A stretch of 64,000 nucleotides of DNA from Macrostomum hystrix (lineage: Eukaryota > Animalia > Platyhelminthes): positions 2,046,001 through 2,110,000 of the forward strand of contig CATNEN010000032.1 of the NCBI GenBank assembly GCA_950097015.1, given 5' to 3'. The notes beneath the pieces are model-generated. The model saw only the letters and a list, made by a program, of their open reading frames with translations. It was not told the origin of the DNA and made no database searches. Position numbers and translations under genes: made by a program. Below, piece after piece: positions 34,901 to 46,831 of this stretch (the stretch's first letter is position 1; every line of letters starts with the position of its first letter).

Positions 34901-37900
34901 ACTGGTAAACACTTTTAGAAAACTGATAAACACGTTTAGAAAACTGTTAAGCACATTTGAAAAACTGTTAAACACATTTAGAAAACGATTAAACATATTT
35001 ATAAAACGGTTAAACACATTTAGAAAACTGTTGGACACATTAAAAAACTGTTGGGCACATTAAAAAACTGTTGGACACATAAATGCACATTTTACCTATT
35101 CAAATCAAACACACACACGGGTGAGAAAAGCTGTGATGTAATCTAGTTATAAATTTGCACTGACCGTCTCGCCAGTGGGGTTGACACAGCTATGTACATT
35201 TGACACAGTGGAATTCTTATCAGTGTACTCACTTTTAACGAAACTGGCCCTGATGCAATCATTAATATTGGCAGTGGTATGCACGTTGACAAAACTGGCT
35301 CTGATTGAATGCATTAAAAATCCTATCTAAAACAATTTTTCGAATATTTAATCCCCTTAGCAATGAAGTTAAGCTTAATAAAAATACGTGTATAATTGTC
35401 CCCATATTTGGCATCTTTTGGTGAAGAAATGGTGAAAATCGGTTGAGCCGTTCGGGAGAAAATCAATTACAAGCAAGTATTTAAAGTGTTTGTACCTGTC
35501 AGGATCAGCCTTAATATAATATAACGCAAGTATATTCAATTCACTGCCCAGGACCTGATGGACCTGCACGAGCTCGGCCGCTTTCTCGACCTGCCCTGCC
35601 TGACGAGAGCCAGCGAGGACCTGCTAGTGGAGTCGCTGGGCCCAGAGACCCTCGTGCCCGTGCTGGACTGGGCTGGCGCCGGCTCGGGCTCAGCCTGGGT
35701 GCACCGACAGGCGCGGCTGTTCCTTCGCGAAGAGTTCGCCTCCTTGGCCTCCCAGGCGCCCCGGGTGCTGACCCAGCTGAGTCGCCGAGAGCTCCTGGCT
35801 GCTCTGCGCTGCGACTTCCTTCAGGCCGCCGAATCCGATGTGCTGGCAGTGCTGATCGCCTGGGGCGAGGCGCAACTTGCTGCCAGAGCTGCTGAGGCCG
35901 CCGCTGCTGGTGAGTCAGTGCCTGTTGATGCAGTCTGTTGCAGTGGGTCAATGTGAGTCAGTGCCTGTTGATGCAGTCTGTTGCAGTTGTTGGTCAATGT
36001 GAGTCAGTGCCTGTTGATGCAGTCTGTTGCAGTGGGTCAATGTGAGTCAGTGCCTGTTGATGCAGTCTGTTGCAGTTGTTGGTCAATGTGAGTCAGTGCC
36101 TGTTGATGCAGTCTGTTGCAGTTGTTGGTCAATGTGAGTCAGGGCCTGTTGATGCAGTCTGTTGCAGTTGTTGGTCAATGTGAGTCAGTGCCTGTTGATG
36201 CAGTCTGTTGCAGTTGTTGGTCAATGTGAGTCAGTGCCTGTTGATGCAGTCTGTTGCAGTTGTTGGTCAATGTGAGTCAGTACCTGTTGATGCAGTCTGT
36301 TGCAGTTGTTGGTCAATGTGAGTCAGGGCCTGTTGATGCAGTCTGTTGCAGTTGTTGGTCAATGTGAGTCAGTGCCTGTTGATGCAGTCTGTTGCAGTTG
36401 TTGGTCAATGTGAGTCAGGGCCTGTTGATGCAGTCTGTTGCAGTTGTTGGTCAATGTGAGTCAGTGCCTGTTGATGCAGTCTGTTGCAGTTGTTGGTCAA
36501 TGTGAGTCAGTGCCTGTTGATGCAGTCTGTTGCAGTTGTTGGTCAATGTGAGTCAGTGCCTGTTGATGCAGTCTGTTGCAGTTGTTGGTCAATGTGAGTC
36601 AGGGCCTGTTGATGCAGTCTGTTGCAGTTGTTGGTCAATGTGAGTCAGTGCCTGTTGATGCAGTCTGTTGCAGTTGTTGGTCAATGTGAGTCAGTGCCTG
36701 TTGATGCAGTCTGTTGCAGTTGTTGGTCAAATGTGAGTCAGTGCCTGTTGATGCAGTCTGTTGCAGTTGTTGGTCAAATGTGAGTCAGGGCCTGTTGATG
36801 CAGTCTGTTGCAGTTGTTGGTCAATGTGAGTCAGTGCCTGTTGATGCAGTCTGTTGCAGTTGTTGGTCAATGTGAGTCAGGGCCTGTTGATGCAGTCTGT
36901 TGCAGTGGGTCAATGTGAGTCAGGGCCTCTCTAGATTGTATTTTTCCTATTGCTTTTTTGCAAAGAAAAAAGTTTATTTTGTTAGACTATTTAAATGTTC
37001 CTCTGCTATCTGTTTTTCCTCATTTTCCTCTGTTTTGCTATTTTCCTCTGTTTTTTTAGTGCACAGAAATCTTAGCAACCCGCCTTGTTTGTAACTGCGG
37101 TGCACTTTTATTCCCGTAAAACCGCTGTAAAATAGTTCTGGCCCCATCTAACTGATCTGACCCCATCAATAAAGTCAGCAGAAATTGCAAAAGCAGCAGA
37201 GGATTCGGGTGCCTACAATGCCTATTTATTATCTGCAAGTGCAGCAGTGCATAAACAGTGCTGTTAAAAGGTGTCTGGAGTGGAATCAGGTTTTCCTGGG
37301 TGCAGCATCCTTCATGCAGTAGTATGAGGGGCTAGTATTAACCCTCATAGTGGCGCCATTTGCAGATTTTTTAATCGATGTACTCTTGAATGACTGGATG
37401 GAATGACAATAGAGAAGCTATCGTTGCGGTTCAGTCTCTCTGGCTCTGAGAAAAGAAAGCGAACTCTTATGAGTGAATGAATTCTTAATTACGGTCGGGG
37501 ACTGGAAACTATATAGAAAGCTTGTTGTGCATGAAAGGCGGGAGATTAATTAACACTGCTAGCCTATGGCAGAATTCCTATAGCTGGTGCAACTGTCAGG
37601 ATAGTTTTGTCTGGTTAATGCCATTATTTGAGACAAATTGCTGGTCTGGAGCCTAATTAGCTCCTAGATTGGGCCAGCTATGTTCACTCGGTTTGAAACA
37701 ACTAGGAGACAGGCTTTTGAACCTAAAGTGCGCATAAGTTACTTTTCTCTATTTAGTCAGCCGGCTTCTTCAAATGTAGAAAGGAAGCTTTGAAGGGAAG
37801 TTATTAGGCCATTTGCAGCCGGTTCCAACCCCTGTCACTCCACTTCCCCACCCCTGTCACTCAACTTCCTAAGCCCTGTCACTCCACTTCCCAACCCCTG

Positions 37901-39151
37901 TCACTCCACTTCCCAACCCCTGTCACTCCACTTCCTAAGCCCTGTCACTCCACTTCCCAACCCCTGTCACTCCACTTCCTAAGCCCTGTCACTCCAGTTC
38001 TCAACCCCTGTCACTCCACTTCCCTACCCCTGTCACTCCACTTCCTAAGCCTTGTCACTCCACTTCCCAACCCCTGTCACTCCACTTCCCAACCCCTGTC
38101 ACTCCACTTCCTAAGCCCTGTCAATCCTCTTCCTAAGCCCTGTCACTCCACTTCCCAACCCCTGTCACTCCACTTCCTAAGCCCTGTCACTCCACTTCTG
38201 TCACCCAGCTTTTTTTTCCGTATCTTCTCTGCTTATTAAAGTGATAATCTAGCGATGCAGTAGTTGCCGTGCTGCCCCTGCAATCTGCATGCGTCTCCCA
38301 AAAAAGGCAGCTTGAAGCCGCTTCATACCCCGCTCCGCTCTCTAACAGATTGTCCACCGGCAGCCAATGTCCCGGCCAGCTCGTCTCGCAAAACGGCCGT
38401 CGGTTCGATTCTCAATGGCGGCAGGCAGCCGAAGCGCCTACTGGGCAGTGCTCACTCATCAAACTCATATTCGTCAGCTGCTGCTGCTGCTTCATTGGCC
38501 GATCATCTGCCCGCCGTACTGGGTGATCTGGTGCCGCAGGGTCTGCGCTCCGAGCATCTGCTCTGTCCGGACAGTCTGCAGGAGGCGATTCGACGACGCC
38601 TGCTGCCCCAGGATGCCTCGCTGTCGCACCCGGCCGCCTGGCTGTGTCACAGCTCCTCGGCTGCCAACGGTGTCGTCTGCTATCGTCATCCGAGGCTCTA
38701 CTCGCCACACCTGGAAGAGATCCGCTCGGTGCTGAGCGATCGGGTGCGCGACTCCACCCTGTTGCAGTGCCCGCCGGAGCCGCCGCGACGACCGCCGACT
38801 GCGACTGTGGCCGCTGGCGGAGTTGGCGCTGGCGCCGCTTCGCCGGACGCGATGGCGACGGCGGCCGCCTCGGCCGGCCTCTGGGGCGGGCACGCCGGCG
38901 GGCCGGATCTGGTGGCCACCCTGCCGCCCGGCTGTTCGCCTATCGACGCGGCTACCGCGGCCAGCCTGAGGCGTCGGGTTCACGAGCTGCTGACTAGCGG
39001 CCTCTTCGTGCGGGCCGGCCTTCTGCCCGCGGCCGATCGGGCTGCCCTGCACCGTCAGGCGCAGCTGTGGGCTGTGCGAGAGATCGGCCTGCCTGACTCG
39101 GCTGCCGCCCTGCTGCCTGGCCGCCTGCCCGACGTGGCATTTCACGCCTGA
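25944..39151 (+). CDS. BTBD7: BTB/POZ domain protein BTBD7 ortholog (about 752 aa, 4 coding exons)
   Basis: Exons 25944-26517, 27308-27831, 35552-35909 and 38349-39151 join in frame. MGAAAS start, two BTB domains (FPVHRAVLAARS, CHRALLACRSPFF), BACK region (SAWVHRQARLFLREEF, DFLQAAESDVL), PRLYSPHLEE. The 3' end may include further exons. Confidence 0.9.
26575..26900 (-). mobile_element. tRNA-derived SINE copy in BTBD7 intron 1
   Basis: Head GTGGCAGAGCGTCTAACGCG, shared body, (ATT)n-like tail. Confidence 0.85.
26912..27252. repeat. 30-bp minisatellite (attcagtcagtgaccatctctgaccacagg), BTBD7 intron 1
   Basis: About 11 direct units. Confidence 0.95.
27832..28662. repeat. 42-bp minisatellite starting at the BTBD7 intron 2 donor
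   Basis: cagattggtttacctgttccacagtggcgtaggtgtgttatt, about 19 units. Confidence 0.95.
29095..34649. repeat. 5.5-kb 24/25-bp satellite (cagcagcagagaactaattccccc[c]), BTBD7 intron 2
   Basis: More than 200 direct units with recurrent variants. Confidence 0.98.
34700..35085. repeat. Degenerate AT-rich tandem repeat (about 21-bp period)
   Basis: aaacacatttagaaaactgtt-like units. Confidence 0.7.
35910..36928. repeat. 46-bp minisatellite beginning exactly at the BTBD7 intron 3 donor
   Basis: gtgagtcagtgcctgttgatgcagtctgttgcagttgttggtcaat, about 22 units. Confidence 0.97.
37825..38197. repeat. 22-bp minisatellite (ccctgtcactccacttcccaac), BTBD7 intron 3
   Basis: About 17 direct units. Confidence 0.95.
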
Positions 39152-39640
39152 CGGATGGCGAGGCGTACTGATTAGATGGCGTAGTCATAGTTGCTCCCGC
39201 CGTTTACCCGACTTCTGTCTGACGAACAGATTCTCAGTGCGCACGCGTCTAGTGCTTGATCTGTGGGTTTTTTGTCTCTGATTTTTTTCATTAGTATTTT
39301 TTTTGTTTCTGTGAGTGTATAGATCAATGATCTATGTTATCACCGTATCAAATCCTGCGTCTTTTTTGTTCCCTCTATATACTTTTTTCGACAAGCACGT
39401 ACGTTCTCAGTTTTTATTTATTTCCTGTAAATATTCTCAGAAAGAGGGCGCCTTGGGTGACGCCTTTCAATGGGACCAAAGAATTGGAGTACGCAAACTT
39501 TTAAAATGAAGTTTTACATTTTCTTTCAGGCCTACCGCTTGTCCAGTTTGTTAATCCCTGATCCTATTCCCAGCTTTCAGCTGCCATTAATCCAAACGTC
39601 AGGCTTGCTTTCACTGCTTTGTTGCAAATCATTAATCTCA

Positions 39641-39880
39641 AATGTACACCCACCCAGTCCCCCATTCAATCCCAATGTACACCCACCCAGTCCCCCAGTC
39701 ACTCCCAATGTACACCCACCCAGTCCCCCATTCAATCCCAATGTACACCCACCCAGTCCCCTAGTCAATTCCAATGTACACCCACCCAGACCTATTCAAT
39801 TCCAATGTACACCCACCCAGACCTATTCAATCCCAATGTACACCCACCCAGACCTATTCAATCCCAATGTACACCCACCA
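39641..39880. repeat. 33/31-bp minisatellite (aatgtacacccacccagtcccccattcaatccc)
   Basis: About 7 direct units. Confidence 0.9.
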
Positions 39881-40542
39881 AAAGTCCAGACTTCCAGTCA
39901 AGTTTACTAACAACCATATCAATGTTGTTACTATTTATACTATTTACTTTGTTAAGCGCCGTCGCAGTGTTTTCTCTAAACTGTTAAATTTTTTCCTACT
40001 TTTTTTCTTCCTCTGTGTAGCGAGTTTTAGAAATCTATTTACTCTTTTGCAGCATTGATTTACTAGAGGAACATAATTTGTAGTCATGTAAAGGTATGTT
40101 TCTCTGCTAAATATGCCAAACGACACTATTAATGGGACTTTCATGATTAAAATAAACAACTTATTATGAGTACAGTTGAGTAGCAAATGCGTCACAAAAC
40201 ATATACTCGCTATGATTAAATCTGAGGAATCTGCTAGAACTATCTACAGTATGCGACCCACTGCTCTCTGTTGCTGATTTCTACGCTGTAGTCAAAACTG
40301 CCTTCTAGTGCGTGCAAATCACTGCTTTGCAATGCTCATGCTGCTGCTATTTGGAAGCTATTGTTATAAAAGCTGAAAACCGCTTCAAGAAGATTGTTCT
40401 GAAAGGACTTTTTCATAGAGAAATTCTTTCTGTCGAGTTGTTGAAGCTATTTGTTAGTTTTAAGCTTTACCCGATAAATTTTGTTGACTAATTTAGCGAT
40501 AACACATTTTCTTTGCACTATATGCCCCCAACAGTCTCATTT

Positions 40543-41227
40543 TTGCACTCTCCCTTCAACCCCTGAACTGCCTTCAGGTTGCACTCTCCCTTCAACCCTT
40601 GAACTGCCTTCAGGTTGCACTCTCCCTTCAACCCCTGAACTGCCTCCAGGTTGCACTCTCCCTTCAACCCCTGAACTGCCTTCAGTTTGCACTCTCCCTT
40701 CAACCCCTGAACTGCCTTCAGGTTGCACTCTCCCTTCAACCCCTGAACTGCCTCCAGGTTGCACTCTCCCTTCAACCCCTGAACTGCCTTCAGGTTGCAC
40801 TCTCCCTTCAACCCCTGAACTGCCTCCAGGTTGCACTCTCCCTTCAACCCCTGAACTGCCTTCAGGTTGCACTCTCCCTTCAACCCCTGAACTGCCTTCA
40901 GGTTGCACTCTCCCTTCAACCCCTGAACTGCCTCCAGGTTGCACTCTCCCTTCAACCCCTGAACTGCCTTCAGTTTGCACTCTCCCTTCAACCCCTGAAC
41001 TGCCTTCAGGTTGCACTCTCCCTTCAACCCCTGAACTGCCTCCAGGTTGCACTCTCCCTTCAACCCCTGAACTGCCTTCAGGTTGCACTCTCCCTTCAAC
41101 CCCTGAACTGCCTCCAGGTTGCACTCTCCCTTCAACCCCTGAACTGCCTCCAGGTTGCACTCTCCCTTCAACCCCTGAACTGCCTCCAGGTTGCACTCTC
41201 CCTTCAACCCCTGAACTGCCTTCAGTT
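40543..41227. repeat. 36-bp minisatellite (ttgcactctcccttcaacccctgaactgccttcagg)
   Basis: About 19 direct units; explains several overlapping ORFs. Confidence 0.95.
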
Positions 41228-41693
41228 CAGTTCGCAGTGGCAGTGCAAGTGTGGGTTTTCTGTGCTAACAAACATAAAAGAGATTGTAACGATAAGACAA
41301 TTTTTAGCTCCTCAGCGCTGTAATGTATTTTGCAGTGAAACTACTTCATAAAAAATTAGGGAAAAAACAAGCGAGATTAGGAGTAGAGTGGGAAGGGGAG
41401 CGATAGTAAGTGGCCATTTGGTTTCCTCCGCAACAGTTCAGAGGGGATTTGTGTCCAGGGTGGTCAGTCTTCCCAAATTGTGTTTGCGGGAATCGCACAG
41501 TGCGGAAAGTGTTTTACTTTTCGCTCGCTAAAAGTAGGAGCGGAAATGTTCACGTACAGTACATTCTGTTTTCCAACTAAACACAGGCAGCACGCTTGAG
41601 GAGCCCAATTCTTCAAAGTGCAAAGTAATAAAATAATGGATTTGGGGAGCCTCAAAAAAGTGTTTATCGCATTGTTGACTTCGCCTGGCTTCA

Positions 41694-44600
41694 CTAGTCG
41701 ACCTGAGGATTATTCCTGAACAAGTATTCGGCCTGAAATTAAAAAACGGGAGCATGTGAAAATATAAAAGTGCATGCAGGATCTGCTAATTCTCACTAAA
41801 GATTTATCGAGAGCCTCGTGCCGCTGATTGGCTGAATGGCCGACTTTATCTGTCATGCCACGAAATCCCCTAGTTAGGCATAAATCATGCATTTCCCATT
41901 TTTAAGCTGGAGTCGAAACTGAGCAGTGGGCAATGCACAGACTCAGAAAGTCTGCTTTGGGCTCGGCCTGATTGAGGCCGGGGCCATTGAATGAGAGAGC
42001 AGCTGGGAAGGCGATCAATGTCGCCATCGATTCCAGGAGAAGTGGGAAGGGGATTTTCCTCCCGCTGGAGGGACTTCACGGTCCATTCGCTGGCCTGTAG
42101 GCAAGAATCTTTCTTAAACCCATGTACTTTAATGTGCTGCCCAAGCTCGCTCCAGGCTCTCACCAGGTAGTCGATGGCATCGTCTGGGCGCACCTTGGCG
42201 CACTCCATGAGGCCTTTGGTGAGGTTGGGCATCACGTGCTTCATCAGGTAGTTGCGAAGCGGCTCACTGCGGATCTCCAGCAGTTCGTGCTCCTCGCGCT
42301 TGACCTCCTCCAGCCGGGCGGCCTGCGGGTTGGTTCGGGTTCAACGGATGTTTGCGTGCTAGCAAGGCTTCAACGCCCACTGCTCAAGCACTGTCTCCCG
42401 TGAACGGCGTCCCCTCACCCATTCCTCCTGTCGCCGCTTCCTCTCGTCGGCTTCCAGCCTCTCGCGCCTCTCCTTCTCGTCCCGCTCCCGCTTCTCGTTC
42501 TCGAGCCGCTCGGTCTCTTCGCGGCGCCGGATCTCTTCGAGCTCGTCAGGCGTGAGGCCGTAGTTCCTCGGCTGGCCGATGGCCTTCTTAATTCGCTCAA
42601 CCAGGGCTGCATGCATCGGCGATTCATCCTTGGACACGTCGAACACATCAGGATGGATCTCCTTCTCGTCGAAGTACATGACGACAGAGTCGTCCTCCGT
42701 GTTGATGGCGCGGTACTCGCCCAGCCTTCGCAGCAGGCCCTCCTCGGTGTTGTGCGTGCCGGCCACCACTGCCTCGGGGAGCTGCATGACGCGCCGCTTG
42801 AGAAAGTCGTCGCCAGACTCCAGCAGGAACAGCTGGTCTGGCATCAGGCGCTTGTTGAATGTGCCGCCGCCGTCCTCGCCTTCCTCTTCTGCGTCTTCGT
42901 CGGCTGTATATTTTATTTTAATGAGAGAGGCATTGGCTATACTTATTAACATTCGATGCATTGTAACTAATAAAAAGCCACATGGGACCCTCAATTGTAC
43001 TCCAAGAACTAGCGAACAGAAAATGGCAGTCAGAAGGGCTCATTGGTAAGCCGCCATTCAAGTGCAACAGTTTGCCGCAATCAAAATAATTTATTATTGC
43101 TAGAAAAAAAGCAGCAGCACCTGCCGAGTGACTGAATAATAATCACAATGGAGGCCTGTCATTGTGCGCAAAATTTTGCCAAGTTTCTCCCATTCACACT
43201 TCCGTCTCATGGGTGCGTCCTTTTCCAGGAAAAACTGTTCAAGCTTCCTAGAAAGTTCAGAAGTTGGTTTCAATATTGAAATACGACCGCTAGTCGACGG
43301 AATAGCGTCATGTCACGCCACAATTTTTGCTTTCTGAGCACCTTCTCTTGCGGGAAGAGCAAGAAGAGCAATAAAGCTCATACCAAGTTGTCTTCGGTTG
43401 AGCGCACTTCTCGACATTATATTCCAAAACAGTTCAATCGAAAAGTACAACCAGGTTTGAGCAGCCTCAAGCCATGCCAACGAACTGAAAACTAATCTGT
43501 TGATTTTTCTAAATGATATAAAAAGTACTAGCACGAGATAGGATTTGTCGGAGAGAGAATTGGTAACGCGGTTCCCACTTGGTGATAGATCACTTACGTG
43601 CAAACAAGTCCTCAGCCTGCTGCTTGGTCTTCGGAAAGCCATCAATGATGAAGCCCTGGTTTTGGCAGGCTTTGGAGGCCAACTTCTCACGGAAAAATCT
43701 GCAAAATATTGTTTTATTGGATAATACAAATGTATTTACAGTGCTATGAAGTACAAACTCAGAAAGCTGCAATGGATGATTCTGAAAGGTTCACCAACCT
43801 GATGACGAAGTTGTCATCAAGGCGGCCGTTGTTCTCGGCCATGTTCTCGTTGACCTGCTCCAGCGTCTCTGCGTCCTCCGCCGCCTTGCCGTCGTCGTCC
43901 TCTTCTTCAGCGTCCGCACGGGCAGCGCTCCGTTGCTGAAAGTTTTTTCGATAATTCTAGCAGAAAATAACTAGCTGGAACTACTACTTTTAGTAGGGAA
44001 TATTGCTTTTCCTTAATAAAATTTAAGCGTTTCATAAGTGTTAATGACAGGGGAGTGAGTTGCCGAGTGGATTCCAAGGTGCCTGAGCTCGATTCCGATG
44101 TGAGGCCACACTTCATTTGGGGCGCAGCCGCGGAGAGAAGTCTTGGGGGTTGTCGTGCAACCCTTGAGGGGCTAGCCTACAAGGCGCGGCGACAGTGTAC
44201 ACTGCCTGACGATGAGAAAGAAAGCTCAGATCTACACCCTTGTGTGAGTGTGTCTGCGTACAGTATCTGTGTGCGTATGTGCTCAGGATTCAGTGGAATG
44301 GACAGTATTGCCTCCTCGCTGGCTGTGGGTCCTGTGTCACCAAATGACGGGCCAGCCCTACAGTAAGTATTTTTTTATCAGTGTTAATGACTGCCTCAGC
44401 CCTAACTGCATACCAGTGTCAATTAACCAGTGCTCACCAGATTTGCGATGGCCTCTGTGATGACATCCTTGGCCCGAATATGATGCAGCTTATAGTGGTC
44501 GCATAGCTGCTTGGCGATGACTGACTTGCCCGAAGCTGGCGGGCCCAGAATGCAGGCCTTGATTGGCAGCAGCTTGCGCTCTTTTTTGTACTCGCGAATG

Positions 44601-46467
44601 ATCTGGTCGATGTTCTCCACCAGGCCGGTCTCGCAGGCCCAGTTAATTTTGAAATTCTCCTTCACGTAGATTGCGTCCAGGCGCAGCGACAGCATCAGCT
44701 GGTCCAGAGTGGCTTGCTGCGGCGAGCCAAATGGGTTGCCATGTGAACATAAAAAACTAGCCTCTTTCCTCCTGCACTAGCTAATTGTCATGCAAGGTAA
44801 GTCACAACTCGGAGCTCACATCGATGTCCTTGGACAGCGCAGCGTCCTCCTTGGTGACTGTGCGAATCTTGCCAGTGCTCAGGCCCATAGACACGGCCTT
44901 GACAACCTCCTCCAGCATGCTCTGCGAATCGTCGACAGCTACAAGATACTTGACCTTCGGCTTGCTGTCAGCGATGTTCTGCAGTACGGCGGCAAGATCG
45001 CGGATGTGAATCATCGGCAGGACGTTCTGGCCGTTGCCGTAGACGGGCAGAGCGAAGGCGTTGTGCCAGGCGGACTTAAAGAAACTGTGAAAGATGTTCT
45101 CACCGCAGCCGTAGGTCAGGCCGGCTGCCACGATGTAGGTGGTGAGCCGGCTCTTCTTCTGTATAAAAGGAAAGTCGTATTGAAAACTTGTGGGCAGTGG
45201 AAACGGCCAGAAACCATCCACTTTCTAGGTAGACGTGAAACATGAAAATCATGAATCTGAGGACGAGTGACCGCTCCAAACTCACCGTTTTGCCGTACTT
45301 CACTGTCGCCTTCTCAGCGGCTAGGTGCTCCTTGTAGTTCTGGTGCGGCTTCCGCTTGCGGTAGTCTTCTTCTGTTAGCGGACTCTCTGGGTCCTCCTGG
45401 AAGTGAGAGGGTTGCGAGGTGAAGCTCGGTGCGGTGCGCCAAGAGCTAATTTCGATTGATAATGAGGACTCAGTCTTCAAACGAAATTTCTAATTTGACT
45501 AATGCCAGGTCTGATTGAGCTCACCTCATCGGCTGGTTTGCTCTTGGCCCAAGTCATCACTGTTGAGAGCAGGATGAAGACCTTCTGAGACTCCAGCTTC
45601 TCGATGTCCTGGTGCAGCTCAGTCAGGGCCCACATTGCCTCCTCGATCTGGTCCGGATCCTGGGTGATGTCGTAGACTATGATGTCGCACTCGACCAGGT
45701 GTTCATACATTTGCTCGCGCGTGTCATACTAAAAAATTTAAAATAAAAAGCACTAAAACTCATCACTGTTCAGAAAGTGAAGCAGTCAAAAAGTCAAGAT
45801 TTATTTAACTTATAAAACTTACGCTGAGGATCTCTTTCACGAATTCCGGCTTCTTGGCGTCAGGCTTTTTCAAAGTGCCATGGATTTCATAGCAGCCCTC
45901 CTTCGGCTTGACAGGAAAGCCTCCGCTCTTGACCGATCCTGCCTCTTCTTCCTCCTCCTCGTTATCTTCCAACGTAGCACCAACGGCACATTGAGAGAGG
46001 TACTGCAAGGTTTTTTATCGGACATTTACATCTAAGCAGTATCAGTATGAGTTTTGTCTCTTTAAGAGCCCACAATGCAGGCGTACCTCAAATATAAGTT
46101 TGCCTTTTCTTTTAGACTTTCATTGCAATGCAAGAATTCAGCACATGTTTTGGACTTTAACTATCAGGGTGTAGAAGAGTAAGCTTAAAATTTTAAATCA
46201 AGAATTAAGGTACCCTGAACAAAACGAGAATGAGTTAATTCGTGACACCTTCTGTTGAGGATAAAATTTCGAGTCCTAAATCTAATTCTTAACTCTACAT
46301 GAACTTGAAAATCTACAAATACACCCAGACTATAGTTCTAGAAACAATGTTCAGTATTTTGATTGATTTACTTAGGAAGATAATATTACCTTAGAAATGA
46401 AGTGACTCTGGTATTCATCAACATGATTGATGAAAATTCGAACAGGCTTTTTATTTTCAGTGGCCAT
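41694..46467 (-). CDS. AK7: Adenylate kinase 7 (about 703 aa, 11 exons)
   Basis: Exons 46467-46390, 46002-45823, 45728-45525, 45396-45286, 45158-44820, 44716-44438, 43935-43799, 43698-43598, 42903-42419, 42322-42164 and 41732-41694 join in frame. [18 protein letters not shown]-loop [17 protein letters not shown], Dpy-30 motif [14 protein letters not shown]...[12 protein letters not shown]. Confidence 0.95.
44050..44365 (+). mobile_element. tRNA-derived SINE copy in AK7 intron 6
   Basis: Same head and body as the other copies, in the opposite orientation. Confidence 0.8.
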
Positions 46468-46831
46468 TTTGAAGCAGATGAAGAATTCTAATAAGTTGCA
46501 GTATTTCTGCTATTTGTTGCAGCAAAAAAATTAAATAGTTAAAATCCTGCTTGTTGCTAAAGTTACGATATCGCTATTTTTCTTATTTGTAATTTTCAGA
46601 ACAAAAAATACGGCTTCATTTTTTATTCCAACTGTATTATTTTTTTTCGAATAAACTCACAAAGAGCGACAAAACTGTTTGTTTTACTATTGTAAAGCTT
46701 TAAGTTATGTCACATTTAATTATTTGGTTTCTATGAAAATTTTTCTCTAACTTACTTTTTTACACAGGCGCTATACAGTATTGATTAAATCGATTAAAAA
46801 ACTTTTTCGAATTCATTGCTTTTAAATCTCA
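46468..46831. promoter_or_regulatory. Candidate bidirectional promoter between AK7 and Rab1
   Basis: Only 364 bp separate the two divergent start codons. Inferred from layout; no motif evidence. Confidence 0.55.

Noticed and set aside
40543-41227. Shared 12-mer ccttcaggttgc between this array and the 10.5 kb array
   Set aside because: The rest of the units are unrelated, and a single short match among about 20 arrays is weak evidence.
41885-42093. Alternative AK7 last exon (ASEWTVKS...)
   Set aside because: No similarity to the AK7 terminus; the exon at 41732-41694 supplies the conserved AEYLF.NNP.
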